Positions 47,993 to 60,240 of a stretch of DNA of 64,000 nucleotides are shown in pieces (the first letter of the stretch is position 1; each line of letters opens with the position of its first letter). The notes beneath the pieces were generated by a model. It did no database searches. It saw nothing but the letters and a program-made list of their open reading frames with translations, and was not told the origin of the DNA. The position numbers and the translations under genes are program-made. The DNA is from Microthyrium microscopicum (Eukaryota): contig MU004230.1 in the NCBI GenBank assembly GCA_010405405.1, positions 2,824,627 through 2,888,626 of the forward strand, given 5' to 3'.

Positions 47993-50271
47993 ATGTCTGG
48001 AGTCTCTTATCGCACTCTCGACGAAGGTGCAAAAGAAGTCCGATTGCTCATAATCGAGGACAAAGTTGAGGATGATAATGCCACAGTATCACCTCTGTTG
48101 CGATGCCACCTGGTCAAAACGTCTTTACACCTCTACAGCTCGGAAGGAGCAATTGTTCCAGGAGGCCCACCAGAAGGTCACTCTTATGCCTCAGAAGAAA
48201 TAATATCCAGGGGCTGGACTGATACGCCTTTTCAAGCCCTCTCATACGTCTGGGGTGATCCAACTCCTGTTAGCGAAATTGAGATCGATGGTCGATTTTG
48301 CAAAATATCTCAAAACTTATCGCAAGCTTTGCTTTCCATATATGACAACACGGCCTTCAGGGTTATCTGGGCTGATGCAGTGAGCATCAACCAACAAGAC
48401 AATGAAGAAAAATCGTGGCAAGTACAGCAAATGGTGCATATATATTCTCGTGCTGAGAGTGTCCTCTCATGGCTTGGAGTTGGAGACACCAACAGCACTT
48501 TAGCCATGCAACAACTGAACAACCTTGGGCGCGATCTTACAATCAGCAAATGGAAGTTCACTGGCACTGAAAGCATGAAAAACAAGATTTCAGAGGAACA
48601 CAACCAAGTTGGTGTGAAGTATACAGAAGATTCATCAACCTGGAGAGCTCTCATAACACTTACTGAGCGAAGCTAATGGTCTCGACTTTGGGTCTTTCAA
48701 GAATTTACCACGGCTTGAAGTATCGACTTGTTGTGTGGAAACAGCCATATTCAGGCTTGTCGAGATTCACTCATCTTCCTAGTTTGGTGGGTCTACGAAA
48801 CTGAAGCATATGCCGGAGGCCTACTTCGATTAGATCAGAGCTTTATCTTTATGATGACCTACTCAGCACAATATCACCACGCCCGAGAAGCTGGATATGA
48901 CCCCGCTACAGAATTTGGCCAACTCTTGAAAGCGATGGCCATGTTTGAAGTAACAGATCCAAGAGACGTGATATTTGGGAGTCTTGGTCTTGCTTCTAAT
49001 AAAGACTGGCTCGGACTCCAACCAGACTATTCCAAAACTCTGCGAGAGGTTCTGTTGGAGACTGCCCGTGCTTTAGTCACTATGGAATCGACGGGGTGGA
49101 ACAGTTACGCAGAACGAGAAAATAGAAATAATGGCATACCCTCTTGGGTACCAGTTTGGTCAAGCAATGCTAGACGATTTCATGCCCATTCTTATAATGC
49201 TTGTGGGGATGCTACTAGGAACGAGGAAACTAACGACGAGGATGAAGATGATGCAGCTTGGGAGGATATGGTCAGTGACGACGAGGACCTTATTGTTCGG
49301 GAAGATGAAGCTAACGACGAGGACGACACCATAAAGCAGGGAAATCGGACCCCGACCCCCTCTGAAGAAAAAGCTCAAGAGACCATCACATTGGACGGTT
49401 ATTTGGTTGATGTAATCACGGACCTCCTTCCCACTTGCGCGAGAGAACTCTTCAGAACCAGTAAAAGAGTCGGCACGAGAGTTGGAACTGAGGATGGAGA
49501 AGAGTCAACAATTTCGATCATCGAAAGAGCAGAAAACATCATGAAGCAAAAGAGATCTCCTTTTGCGCAAAAGTCTGATGCATTAGCTCGAACACTAGTG
49601 GTAGACATTTTATCAACACCATTTGATCAACGCATTGATCCAGATGTTGACGCCAACCAGTTGTTGCTCAAAATCAAACAAGCTCAAATACAATCTGTGG
49701 TCGAGGATTTCTTCCTTCTCGAAAGCTTCGACGATTGGACCACATTAGAAACAGTACATTGACAACATGGCATTACATATTTTACATGGTGCAAGGCTGT
49801 TCTTCACAAAAAATGGTAAGATTTCCCCATATCAAACCAGGCGACTTAATGACATCAAGTAAACCTAAAAAACATCTTATGTCTCATGGCACTCAACGGT
49901 TTCCATAAGGTGTGTTCCTAATCGAGAGCTATGGATTGCATCTGGATGCGACGGATGCTTTACGTACTTATTTACCGCGAAATACCCAATGTTCTGTTCG
50001 AAGCGTGTTGGTTCTGTTCATAGTTTTATACTTACCAGATCCAGGCTATGTAGGCTTATCGCAACAGAAGCACTGTAAGGTTGGGGATGTCATTGTCATC
50101 TTAAAAGGCTCAACTATCCCTCACATTCTACGGAGCTACACCATAAGTTTCAACTCCGAGCAAGATCACACTGAAACATTCGAGTTCATTTGTGAAGCTT
50201 ATGTGCATGGAATCATGGATGGTCAGTTTGTGGCTCAAGATCCACCGCTCCGTTCTTTCACGCTGCAATAA
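47993..50271 (+). pseudogene. HET-domain (HET-6-like) heterokaryon incompatibility gene, disrupted
   Basis: EVRLL, FQALSYVWGD, IWADAVSINQQDNEEKSWQVQQMVHIYSRA, WSRLWVFQE, TDPRDVIFG, PSWVPVW, GDVIVILKG..PHILR and EAYVHGIMDG. In-frame TAA at 48674-48676, TGA at 48716-48718 and a frame change near 49750. Confidence 0.85.
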
Positions 50272-50680
50272 GAAGAGTCTTACTCGTTGTTAATCTCTTT
50301 TGGAAACTTGCAAGCAAGAGATACACAAAGAAAGATATATACATGACAACTTTCGAGGAATTGGCTTACTGAATTCTATAACTTGTAATTCAAAGATATG
50401 TAGTTTTAACAGAAACAACTATATTCAAATTCGACATAAATTCTCTGCGGCTGAAGACAAGGCTGAAATTGAGACTGACCAATCACAGGAGGTCCCAAAA
50501 CCAAATTTGGACACGTGGACGCTCGGCTCGCATAGTGCTCGTGTCACCTTGCTCTTTCCCATCTCCATCACGATATCTCAATATGTGACTATTACTGACG
50601 CGCCGAACTATCGCTTTGCAGCACTCCGCAATCATACAGATGCCAGCGACAAGCTAGCATTTATTGCCCACAATGTGACC

Positions 50681-52091
50681 ATGTCGCAACCCGGTCTCCC
50701 AGCCAATCTCTCCGCTCGACCTCCTCCTCATCTCTACTTCCATCCGCCGAGAGACTCGACGGATCCGCCAAGAAGAGAATCTTCAGAGACGGAGCGCGTA
50801 ATACAACCCAGCAATGCCGCCAAAGCCTCGTTGAGTGCTGCGGAACCTTCAACTCGAGGTCGGACGAGGAGAAAGGAACGTCGTCGTCGAGGCGCAAGAA
50901 CACAGTGGAAAAAGTTGCTCTGGGTGCGACAAAGCTGTATGTCACTACGACATAAACACGTTCGCGCATGCAGCCGTTTACTAACTTGTGCTTGTCCATA
51001 TAGTACCGGATAACTATACTGATGCATCCACCTTCCTTGACCACCTTGTAAGGAATCCCAAGCTGCAGCCATACGAGTTCTGGCGGCTAGTTGCCGACTC
51101 CACCGTCATCGTACAGCATGTCTGCAGTGTGGCCATATTCGTGTGTTGCTTTACCGGCATTTTCCAAGAACGCATCAGCCCGATCACCGTCGTCAGTTGG
51201 GGAAGTGCATGCACTGTTATAGGATGGATAACCTGGGAAGTCTGGGTCGATAACCATGAAGAGATGAACAATCGAAGACTAGGGAGTCAAGCCAGCTCGG
51301 AGGACGACCTTCCTAGCGGAGACTCTTTCACCAAGGAGACGAGTTCGGCCAGCGGAACCCAGACTCCGCATGCTGAAGTCATGGGAGATTTTCATGACGA
51401 TTTCCATCCGCCGCCAGAGCAATGGCAGGGTGATCCTCTTTCCAATTTGTCGCCGAGGAATCAGCAACGACTTATCACCATCAAATCTGCAGCATTGATA
51501 TATTGCGCCGTGCTTGGGCTCAGTCCGATACTGAAAAGTCTTACTAAGAGTACTACAAGCGATTCAATTTGGGCCATTAGCTGTTGGCTCATGTTTATTA
51601 ATGTCTTTTTCTTTGACTATGGTGGAGGAGTGGGAGCCAAGTAAGCCATGAGCTCCAGATTCCAAGTCCTAAGTGCCTCGCTAACTTAATCAAGGTTCCC
51701 GGCTTCATTATCGACGAATGCCTCCCTTATGGCTTCCACAGTGCTTGCTTCCCGTCTCACCTCCACAACACACGTATTCTCGCTCACGCTGTTCAGCATT
51801 CAAGTTTTTGGCCTATTCCCAGTCTTCAGAAGACACTTGCTTCATATATCACGTACATTACATTACATCCTAACGTTCTGCCTAGTACTTGGTGCCGGCG
51901 GAGGCGTTGCAGTCACTGTAGGAGGTGGTTCTTGGACATTTTTGCTACTGGGCTGTACGCTGGGTTTAATTACTGCGGCCCTCACGATGGGAGGAGCTAG
52001 TTGGTGGCTGATCGGACTCCAGAAATGGAAGGACGAGATTGTTGGCCCCTGGGATGCAGCACGACCGCGACTGCGGCGCCGTTGGGCGTAG
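50681..52091 (+). CDS. GPI2: GPI-GlcNAc transferase subunit C (PIG-C)
   Basis: WKKLLWVRQS/VPDNYTD, LSPILKSLTKSTTSDSIWA, SLSTNASLMASTVLASRL, FGLFPVFRR and LQKWKDEIVGPWDAARP. Introns at about 50937-51003 and 51641-51694. Confidence 0.93.
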
Positions 52092-52520
52092 ATAATGAAA
52101 TCAACAAACTCTGGCCATCTCTTGCGGCTTCATTCGTGATATATGTTCGATATGCCGTGGGATGATTATATTGTCTGGATTAACATTCGCGTAAGCTGTA
52201 TCAGGAGTTATCTCCGGATTGCTTTGTTTGCTTCCAGAATGATAAAAGGGGCAAGGGCAAAAATAGATTTGCGATAAGATAGATAAGTTTCAAAGGGCTA
52301 CAATTAGATGTTTTAAGAAATGAGAAGGTTTCAACACCCTCAAATGTTTCAACACTTTTGTACGCGGCATCTCCCGTGAGCACATTTATTTGTGGAAGCC
52401 ATCCCTATTAGGCTAGCCCCAAGAGCTCGCGATGATTTGCTCATTGCTGCGAAAGCGGCAACCATCAACCACCATTTTCTACCCTCCTCAACCTCGTATT
52501 TCCTCTCACAACCTACAGCC

Positions 52521-54775
52521 ATGGCACCAGATAGGGGTAATGCCCACGAGGCCCAGGACAACTCAACATTATCATCTCCAGGACCTGCAGACGGCCTCCG
52601 GATCCGCCATGTCCCCACCAAGCCAGCAAGCGCTCTGGAAGCAACGCATTTTAGCTTCCGCAGTATCATGGTTGGACTCGCAATAGGAATTGTAATATGT
52701 TTTTCTAATATGTACTTTGGACTTCAGACTGGCTGGGTCAGCAGTATGGCTATGCCTTCAGCGCTGCTGGGCTTTTCGTACTTTAAACTGGTGTCGCGAT
52801 ACATCTCGTATCCATTTACGCCTGTGGAAAATGTCTTGATTCAGAGTGTCGCTGGAGCAGTTGGGACTATGCCTCTTGGATGTGGATTTGTGGGTGTTGT
52901 GCCGGCTCTGAATTACCTACTAAAGCCTTCGGAAAATGGACCGCTGCGTATTAGCCTGCCTAGGATGATTGTTTGGTCGTTGGGAATCGCGTTCTTTGGA
53001 GTTGTTTTTGCTGTTCCTTTGAGAAGGCAGGTTATCATTAGAGAGAAGTTGAAGTTTCCGAGTGGAACGGCGGCTGCTTTGATGATCGGTATTCTACATG
53101 GGGAGAAGCCATCTGGAATTGTCGATCGAGGGTCCACTGAAGCAACTGCTAAGGACGGCTTTGGGAGTCTGGCTCGAGACTCTACAGATGAGGAACCAGG
53201 CACGCCTTTGCGATCTATCACTTCTGAGGACCCGGAGGATGGAAAGTCGGAACAGGAGGACTGGAGAGCACGTATCAGACTGCTGCTTTATGCTTTTGGA
53301 TTCTCTTCAGTCTACGTAAGTTGGTGAATTCTTTTATAGTTTATGGTTCTGACATTCATCAGACTTTGTTCTCGTACTTTGTTCCGTTGAACAATGTGCC
53401 CCTTTTTGGTTCTTATTTAGCAGACCAATGGCTGTTCACTATGAACTTCTCACCAGCATATGTTGGACAAGGAATCATCATGGGAGCTCCAACCAGTCTC
53501 TCTATGCTTTTAGGAGCTCTCGTTGGCTATGGAATACTATCGCCCCTTGCCAGAAATAAAGGCTGGGCTCCTGGTCCCGTCGACGACTGGGCAACTGGCA
53601 GCAAAGGCTGGATCGTCTGGATTAGTCTAGCAATCATGCTAATAGACTCAATCGTGAGTCTCGGCTGGCTCGTCCTCCGCCCAATAATCCACCACGGTCC
53701 ATCAGTTGCATCCAGCATACTCGCAGCCACACGAACCGGAGACTGGAACCAAGTCCTCCAACAACTCTCCAGCCAACAGCGTGGCCAGTACTCTGCCATT
53801 CAAGGCGAAGACATGACACCACGCATCCCACAAGACGACGAGGACCGCGATGACGCGCCCCCATCGCATCTAATATCCACCCGTACCACCATAATCGGCC
53901 TCATCATCTCTTCCATCTTCTGCATCGTCGGCGTACACGTTGCCTTTGGCAGCCTCATCCCCGTCAGCCTAACAATCCTCGCGCTCCTCTTCGCTATGGT
54001 TTTGTCTGTCATGGGTGTGCGCGCCCTGGGTGAGACAGATCTCAATCCCGTCTCCGGCATCTCCAAACTAACCCAACTTCTCTTCGCCTTCTTCACGCCC
54101 GCCGGCAGCAAAAACGCCGTCATCATCAACCTTATCGCTGGCGCCCTGTCCGAATCTGGTGCATTACAGGCGGGCGATCTGCTGCAAGATCTCAAGACAG
54201 GCCATCTTCTCGGCGCGGCCCCCAGCGCTCAATTCTACGGGCAGATCATTGGCAGTGCGGTGGGCGCGGTGGTTAGCGCAGTGGTGTATGAGTTGTATAC
54301 ACGTGTATATACGATCCCAGGCGAACTTTTCGAAGTACCAACGTCGTATGTCTGGATCTACACAGCGCGCCTCGTCACGGGCTCTGGACTGCCGCCGCGC
54401 GTGCCAGAGTGGGCGGCTGGAGCGGCGGCGTTGTTTGCGTTGAGTAGTATGTTGCGAATTTGGCTGGCAGCTGGTGGGCAGTGGCGGAAGAATATCTTGC
54501 CGTATATACCTGGTGGGATTGCTGTAGCTGTTGGTAAGTTATATCAAGTTGATATACTGAGAGCAATTTGACTAACATATGGAATAGGCATGTACAACTC
54601 GCCGTCATTTACCTTCGCGAGAGCAATTGGAGGCGTGTTGATATGGTGGTGGAAGTCATACTCCAAGCGACCCGAGGTGCCGATTATTGTGTTGGCGTCA
54701 GGCTTGATATTGGGCGAAGGATTGTTTTCGATTGTCAATTTAGTGATGGCATCTTTGGGCGTTCCGCATCTTTGA
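52521..54775 (+). CDS. OPT-family transporter (YSL/YGL114w-like clade)
   Basis: SNMYFGLQTGW, FTPVENVLIQS, LKFPSGTA, SPAYVGQGII, GETDLNPVSG and LLQDLKTGHLLGA. Introns at about 53316-53362 and 54534-54587. Confidence 0.92.
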
Positions 54776-55869
54776 GCAGGACTTGAATACGACTAATGTA
54801 ATGCATCCCATAGCCTGGTATTATGCAATGCTACAACAGGCTTTTTGTTAACGGCATAATGAAATGATTAGTATCGAAGCTCCATGTTCTAATTTTCGTC
54901 AGTCAACGGAAATAACAAAGCTAATGAGCTGTAATATCTATCAAATACGTCACGGTCTAGAAAGTAATGCAAACTGCATATTCCACTCCGGTTTCCATTC
55001 AAACAGGACTATTAGGCCCATCTAATTATGCTTAAGTACAGGGACGCTGGGGATGAACCCGTACTAAACTACAAGACAGATTTAGTGGATTGTCAGGAAT
55101 GGGGGAGGCAAGTTAGAATATGTAAATGTTTCTCAATGCACTAGCCGTCCTCTCATTATTGTGGAAACTGGGACGATGTGCTATACAGGTCCAGCGTGAA
55201 TCCAGTGCCACGGGATTGGGCTTCCGTGTGAAATATGTGCCAAAGGATGACGGTTCCCTGAAGGGGACGAAGAGTTTCTTGGATTTGAAGCCTGTCATTT
55301 GTACACAGTGACTTGTTCCGCATCGGTCTGGGATTGGATCTAAGGTGCAGCTGTTTAGCGAATCGTGATCTTTTCGTTTGACAGCTTCGGAATTGGTAGT
55401 CGCAGGCAAAACAGCCAAAGTTAAGCTGCGGCTGATGTGATATAACGGTGGAGACTTGAGATGGAATGGAAGAAAAATCAATGGGAAAAGCACGGGTCAA
55501 ACTCCGCCAACTCCGCCGCTTTGGTGACTAGGATGGATTCAATGCTGCACCAGTGAGTCCTAGTGCTTGATGAAATCGAGGTCATGAATGGAAAGCCAGG
55601 TTTGAAAAACAAAGATGGGTTTGATGAGGTTGAGCAACAACTTCGATCGAGTTGTTTTATGAAGAAACCATTGGCCAACACGGAAAAGCAGCAAGCAAAG
55701 CCCCATGAAACTCCAAGTGCTGTGCAATGCTGATATGAGTTTCCAATTCTATTAGTGGTTTTGAGCCAGTCGTAAAGTGCAAATGATCGCAAACAAAAGA
55801 AAATATCCAGTTAGTTTTAGCCAAAAAACCAGAGGGGTATGCATCGTGTGGGAGAGCGGAGAAAAATAA

Positions 55870-58550
55870 TTAAAAGACTGAGGGGAAGCTGCCAGGAATG
55901 TTTTTGCTCTGGCGACGACTGAAGCGCTTTCGTCCTTTTTGGAGGTTGTTTGCGTCTTCCTCTTTGCGTAGTCGTGACGCGCTGCTGGGGATGTTGACGC
56001 CTTCAAGGGTTGAGTCGCTGCCAAAGAAGTTGTTATCTCCACCGTAGCTGCTACCTGCGGGTGACGATATTGAGGAAGACATGTCCATTGCTGAGTCATT
56101 GGAGTAGGATCCGGTTAGAGATTGCTGGGTCAAGTAGAGCTCCCGTGCTCTAAACAGGCAGTCTAACCATTCTTCTGCGGCAATTCGGGTGCCATCTGGC
56201 TCCGGTGGTGGTGTTAGGGGCACTTCAAAAAGGATGTGCTTTTCTCGCTGCACAGAATTAGCAACACGCTTTTCAAGAAGAGGCCGACTAGACTGACTGT
56301 ATCTACACACCACTGGGTCAGTCCTTTCGAATCTTGGAAAGACTTCCAGGTAATGCTTTGCCCAACGAGAGGAATCTCCATCTTCGCCTTCTTCTCGTCA
56401 CCACCGGAGGCAGCTAGCACGATGCGACCACTACTCGTAACCATGACTAGGCGTTGTCTCTTTTTGGTAGTTGGTCCAGACATGAAAAACCTTGAGAACT
56501 TTCTTGGTTGCTCTGGTTGTGAACTGTCGCCGTTTTTGGAATTGGGACTATGAGGTTGCGGGGAAACGGTGACAATGAGGTTGCCAAGTTTAAGAATTCG
56601 CTCATTGGATCGCGTCAGTACAGGAGACCATTCAATATCCAATTGAGAGGGTGCAGGAAGCTCTGTGATTAGTCTCGATGCAAGTGGCCGAGGCGTTGAC
56701 GTGGGATTGAGCATCATTGCAGACGGTACAGAAGTTGGTGCAACTGTTTACATTAGCCTATGCCATTTTGAAGGATAACTGAACTACATACCATTATTGA
56801 GACGAATAGGTGCTGGTGGGGGAGGAACATAAGGCTTCAGTCGTGGAGCTTTTTGTTCCCATAGTTTTGTTCCCCAATTGACTCCATCGAAGAATGGGTG
56901 GTTCTTGACATGGTCAATCGTCAGTCGTTTAGATGGGTCTGGAACAAGGAGTCGTTCAACAAGATCTCGAGCTACGTCAGGAAAGCCAGAAGGAAAAGTG
57001 TAATCCAGTTTTAGAATCTTGTCGAATGTCAGGTATTCCGTAGCTCCCTTGAAAGGTGGTCTGCCGGTCAATAACTGGAAAATAATGCACCCAAACGCCC
57101 ATAGGTCGGTAGGTTTGCCACCCTCCTTAGCAGTAAGCAACTCCGGGCTTACATACTCAGCAGTGCCAACGAATGAAACGGCACGAGCTGACTCTTCCCG
57201 AGGAAATGGATCCGCGCCGTTGTCCATCTTTCGTGGTTTTGGTTCGTCTAGGATTTTGCCTGTACCGAAATCTGTAATCTTCACATGCATCTTCGAGTCC
57301 AGGAGTACGTTCTCAGGCTTCAAGTCGCGATGTAATACACCTCTTGAATGCATGTATTCGACAGCGTCCAAGATTTGAGACCCATAAAATCGCGTACATT
57401 CCTCATCGAATGTACCCATTTTCTTGAGCACTCCTAGAAGTTCACCATTACTAGCCAAGTCCAGAACAAAGTAAAGTGATCGCTCATCTTGAAAAGTAAA
57501 ATAGAGTTTGACTATTCCAGGGTGATTTGTGAGCCGGTTTAATGTATCCTTTTCAATGTTCACGTATTTGACCTTTTTCTCCTTGATGATGTGCTTTTTG
57601 TCGAGGACTTTCACAGCATATTCGCGCAGAGTTGCACGGTCTGTTGCCGCTAGCACAGTGCTGTACGAGCCTTCTCCAAGAGTGCGGCCAAATTCGAAAT
57701 CGTTGACTCCTTTTTTGGTCACTTTTGTAACCACCTGTCCGTTGGCATCCACTTCTCTCCTGACACCAACCGCAGCGCCCTTTTCCTTCCATTCCTCACT
57801 GCTGGCCGGTGGTCCGTTCTCCGCATAGGCTCCGGCGAGGGGAATTGAGGCGCCTGGTGTCGCTGGTAATGATGTTCCGGGCGATATCCGCCGGGAGCTG
57901 CGTCGGGGAGGAGGAAGATTGTTCTGCGTTGATAGGGAATAATCTGCAGTGCCGCGATAGCCTGCGCCGGCTCGGGAAGATGTCCGTTGTGGGGGAGCTA
58001 CAGGCTGTGGTGGTTCATCACCGTATCTGTATGTACTATAATTCGATGCTTGAGAGCCTCCTGATACGTTCGGGTGATTATATATCCCGGACATTGGTCT
58101 TGCTGGTCCAGTCGCATAATTTCGAGGGGCCGCCATACCATGATTAGAGTGGGGGGCGTATGGAAGTTGCTGTTGGGCCTGATGGGCGATGGGCATCGAT
58201 TGGCGATGACTTAGGCGCTGATTATAATCCATCTGCGGCTGAGGGAAGTATGTATTGCTCTCCTGCACGTATGGAAGGCCAGCTGGTGTTACTTGGTTGG
58301 AAGTATTAGGGACGGGGAGGACATCGGCAAGGGTGGAGCCAGACTGGGCCGTAGTCGGTAATTGTGAGCGCGTGATAGTCGCGGTAGATGTACTGGATGA
58401 TGAATGTGATGATTGTGGAGGAATAGATGAGACGGAGTCTGCGATTGAGGGGATTTCGGCGTTCGATGAGGTAGGAGAAGAAGTCACATCGTCTGGATTG
58501 GCTATCCGGAGGCCGCCCAAGGCCTGAGTTAGGCTCAAGTCGTCGTTCAT
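55870..58550 (-). CDS. PDK1-type AGC master kinase (Pkh1/2, Ksg1 ortholog) with C-terminal PH-like domain
   Basis: KKGVNDFEFGRTLGEGSYSTV, YAVKVLDKKHIIKEKKVKYVNIEK, HRDLKPEN, DFGTGK and SFVGTAEYVSPELL. PH-like segment ERILKLGNL..KKRQRLVMVTSSGR. Introns at about 56791-56744 and 56297-56248. Confidence 0.94.
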
Positions 58551-60240
58551 TGTCGAGAAATGCGGCCAAGTTGACAGCAGCCAAACTCTTGGACAGATAT
58601 TCAGGAATTGCTACCACGCTGTAGACTTGTTACGTATGCAGTTGAAGAACAGGAAGGCAGAGAGGTAGAGTCTGGCGTCAAGACCAGCCAAGCGAGAGAA
58701 AGCGGTCGGTCGTGACAACGGAGTCGAGGTCAGACCTGGTCATACCATCGGGCGATTTGGCATCGGAGGGTACCAAGAGATGGAAGCAGCGAGCCGGATT
58801 AACAGGAGATCGTATCAAAATCGGTGAGAGAGACGAGGCAGCGGCAACCGGTGGGTTCTGGCGACTTTGCGGAACAGTTGTAGAGTCGATACTGATCCAA
58901 AAGTCCATCCCGTACAAGGTTGAAGGAGGTAGGTAGTAAATCGATCGTCCCCGGAAGCACGTGAGTCGTAGTTGGTGGAGAGCATGGAGGGGGTGGAAGC
59001 TAGGTCTGTTCCAGTTAGGCTCACCGTACACGCGCATTGCTCCTTTCGCACGCGTGCGCTTGTCTCCCCAACTTCACTCCCTCCATCACTCGCCAGTTGT
59101 TGGAGATGGAAGCTCCATTGTCGATATGAATGGCCAAACCCCCACTGATTCCGCTGTCAGCCAATAGGTTACCTGGAATCATTGCTCCCATGCTTGCTGT
59201 TGTACGGAATACTTCCTATCACTCCTCTTTGAGTGACCATTACGAGACCCAAACATCTTCTAGCTTGTAAGTCGTACCTTGGCATCTGCATGCAATGAAC
59301 GTTCTGCATCATTCCGCATGATCTCGCCCTGTGCATGGTATGTTGAGCTAGGTATCTAGCACATGGTACTCGGCGGTTTGGTACTTTCTGCTTCGATAAT
59401 GCTGCTGGAACAAATGCCGACTATACGGTGTATTGACTGACGGTATTCCCCTGAGCCTCTCCAAGCCTCCCAACTTGTCAGATGATTTGTCTTTGCTCTT
59501 CTTGTTTCCGTTCGCTTCTTCATGAATTCGATGACAGGTTTCTTTGGGCCCGCGGACTTGGCCCATCTTGTATCAGCCTGATGAAAGTTTCGCAGGTAGT
59601 GTGGTGATAAGCCGTATGGGTCAATTCAATTCGCCCTAAAAACACACGTGGGTTGCTTCCCCCTCTTGAGTCGGGCGCCTTCAAGTTCGATCACAGATTC
59701 TTCCTTCTTTTGAGTTGCAATGAACCATATCCTGTAAACCAGCGGCTGTCAGAGCTATTTAACACTTTGTAGATCCCAGTATTGTGGTATTCGGCTGATA
59801 ATTGTAGTTCATCGGATGGGCAGTTGAGGGCTCTCGAGGTATATATCGTTCGCGTGGATGGTCATTGCTCTTGCTAGACTGTTGAGCTTCTTCGTTCTCT
59901 TCTTCTCGCTGCCGTACTTGATGCGAAGTATACCTATGAGCCAATCACAGCATGTTTTCTCCACCATGCTGTGTAACTTACTTGAGGCACTTCAAGCTGT
60001 CCAGATGTAGTGCGCGAAACACTTACGCCCAACATTGAGATTGGCCAATGTATAGCAAGCAAGTTCGTCAACCCCTGTATAGCTCGTGTTCCTGTACAAA
60101 CAAACGATGTATCCCGGTGTGTCCTGGTGTACGCCAATCCGCTGTCGATCCTTGTGTTCTCTTGGAGTGTGTTAAAGTCTCCAAGCTTGCTCTTTCTTCC
60201 ACTCTTCGCCCGGTTGATTCTCCTTTTGAGCAATTCTACC

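Noticed and set aside
60010..60240. GTG-initiated 77-codon extension of the PLP ORF, and similar TTG/GTG extensions of the Cdt1-like, SDR, GPI2 and OPT ORFs
   Set aside because: Artefacts of bacterial-style start calling; downstream ATGs in good eukaryotic context fit better.
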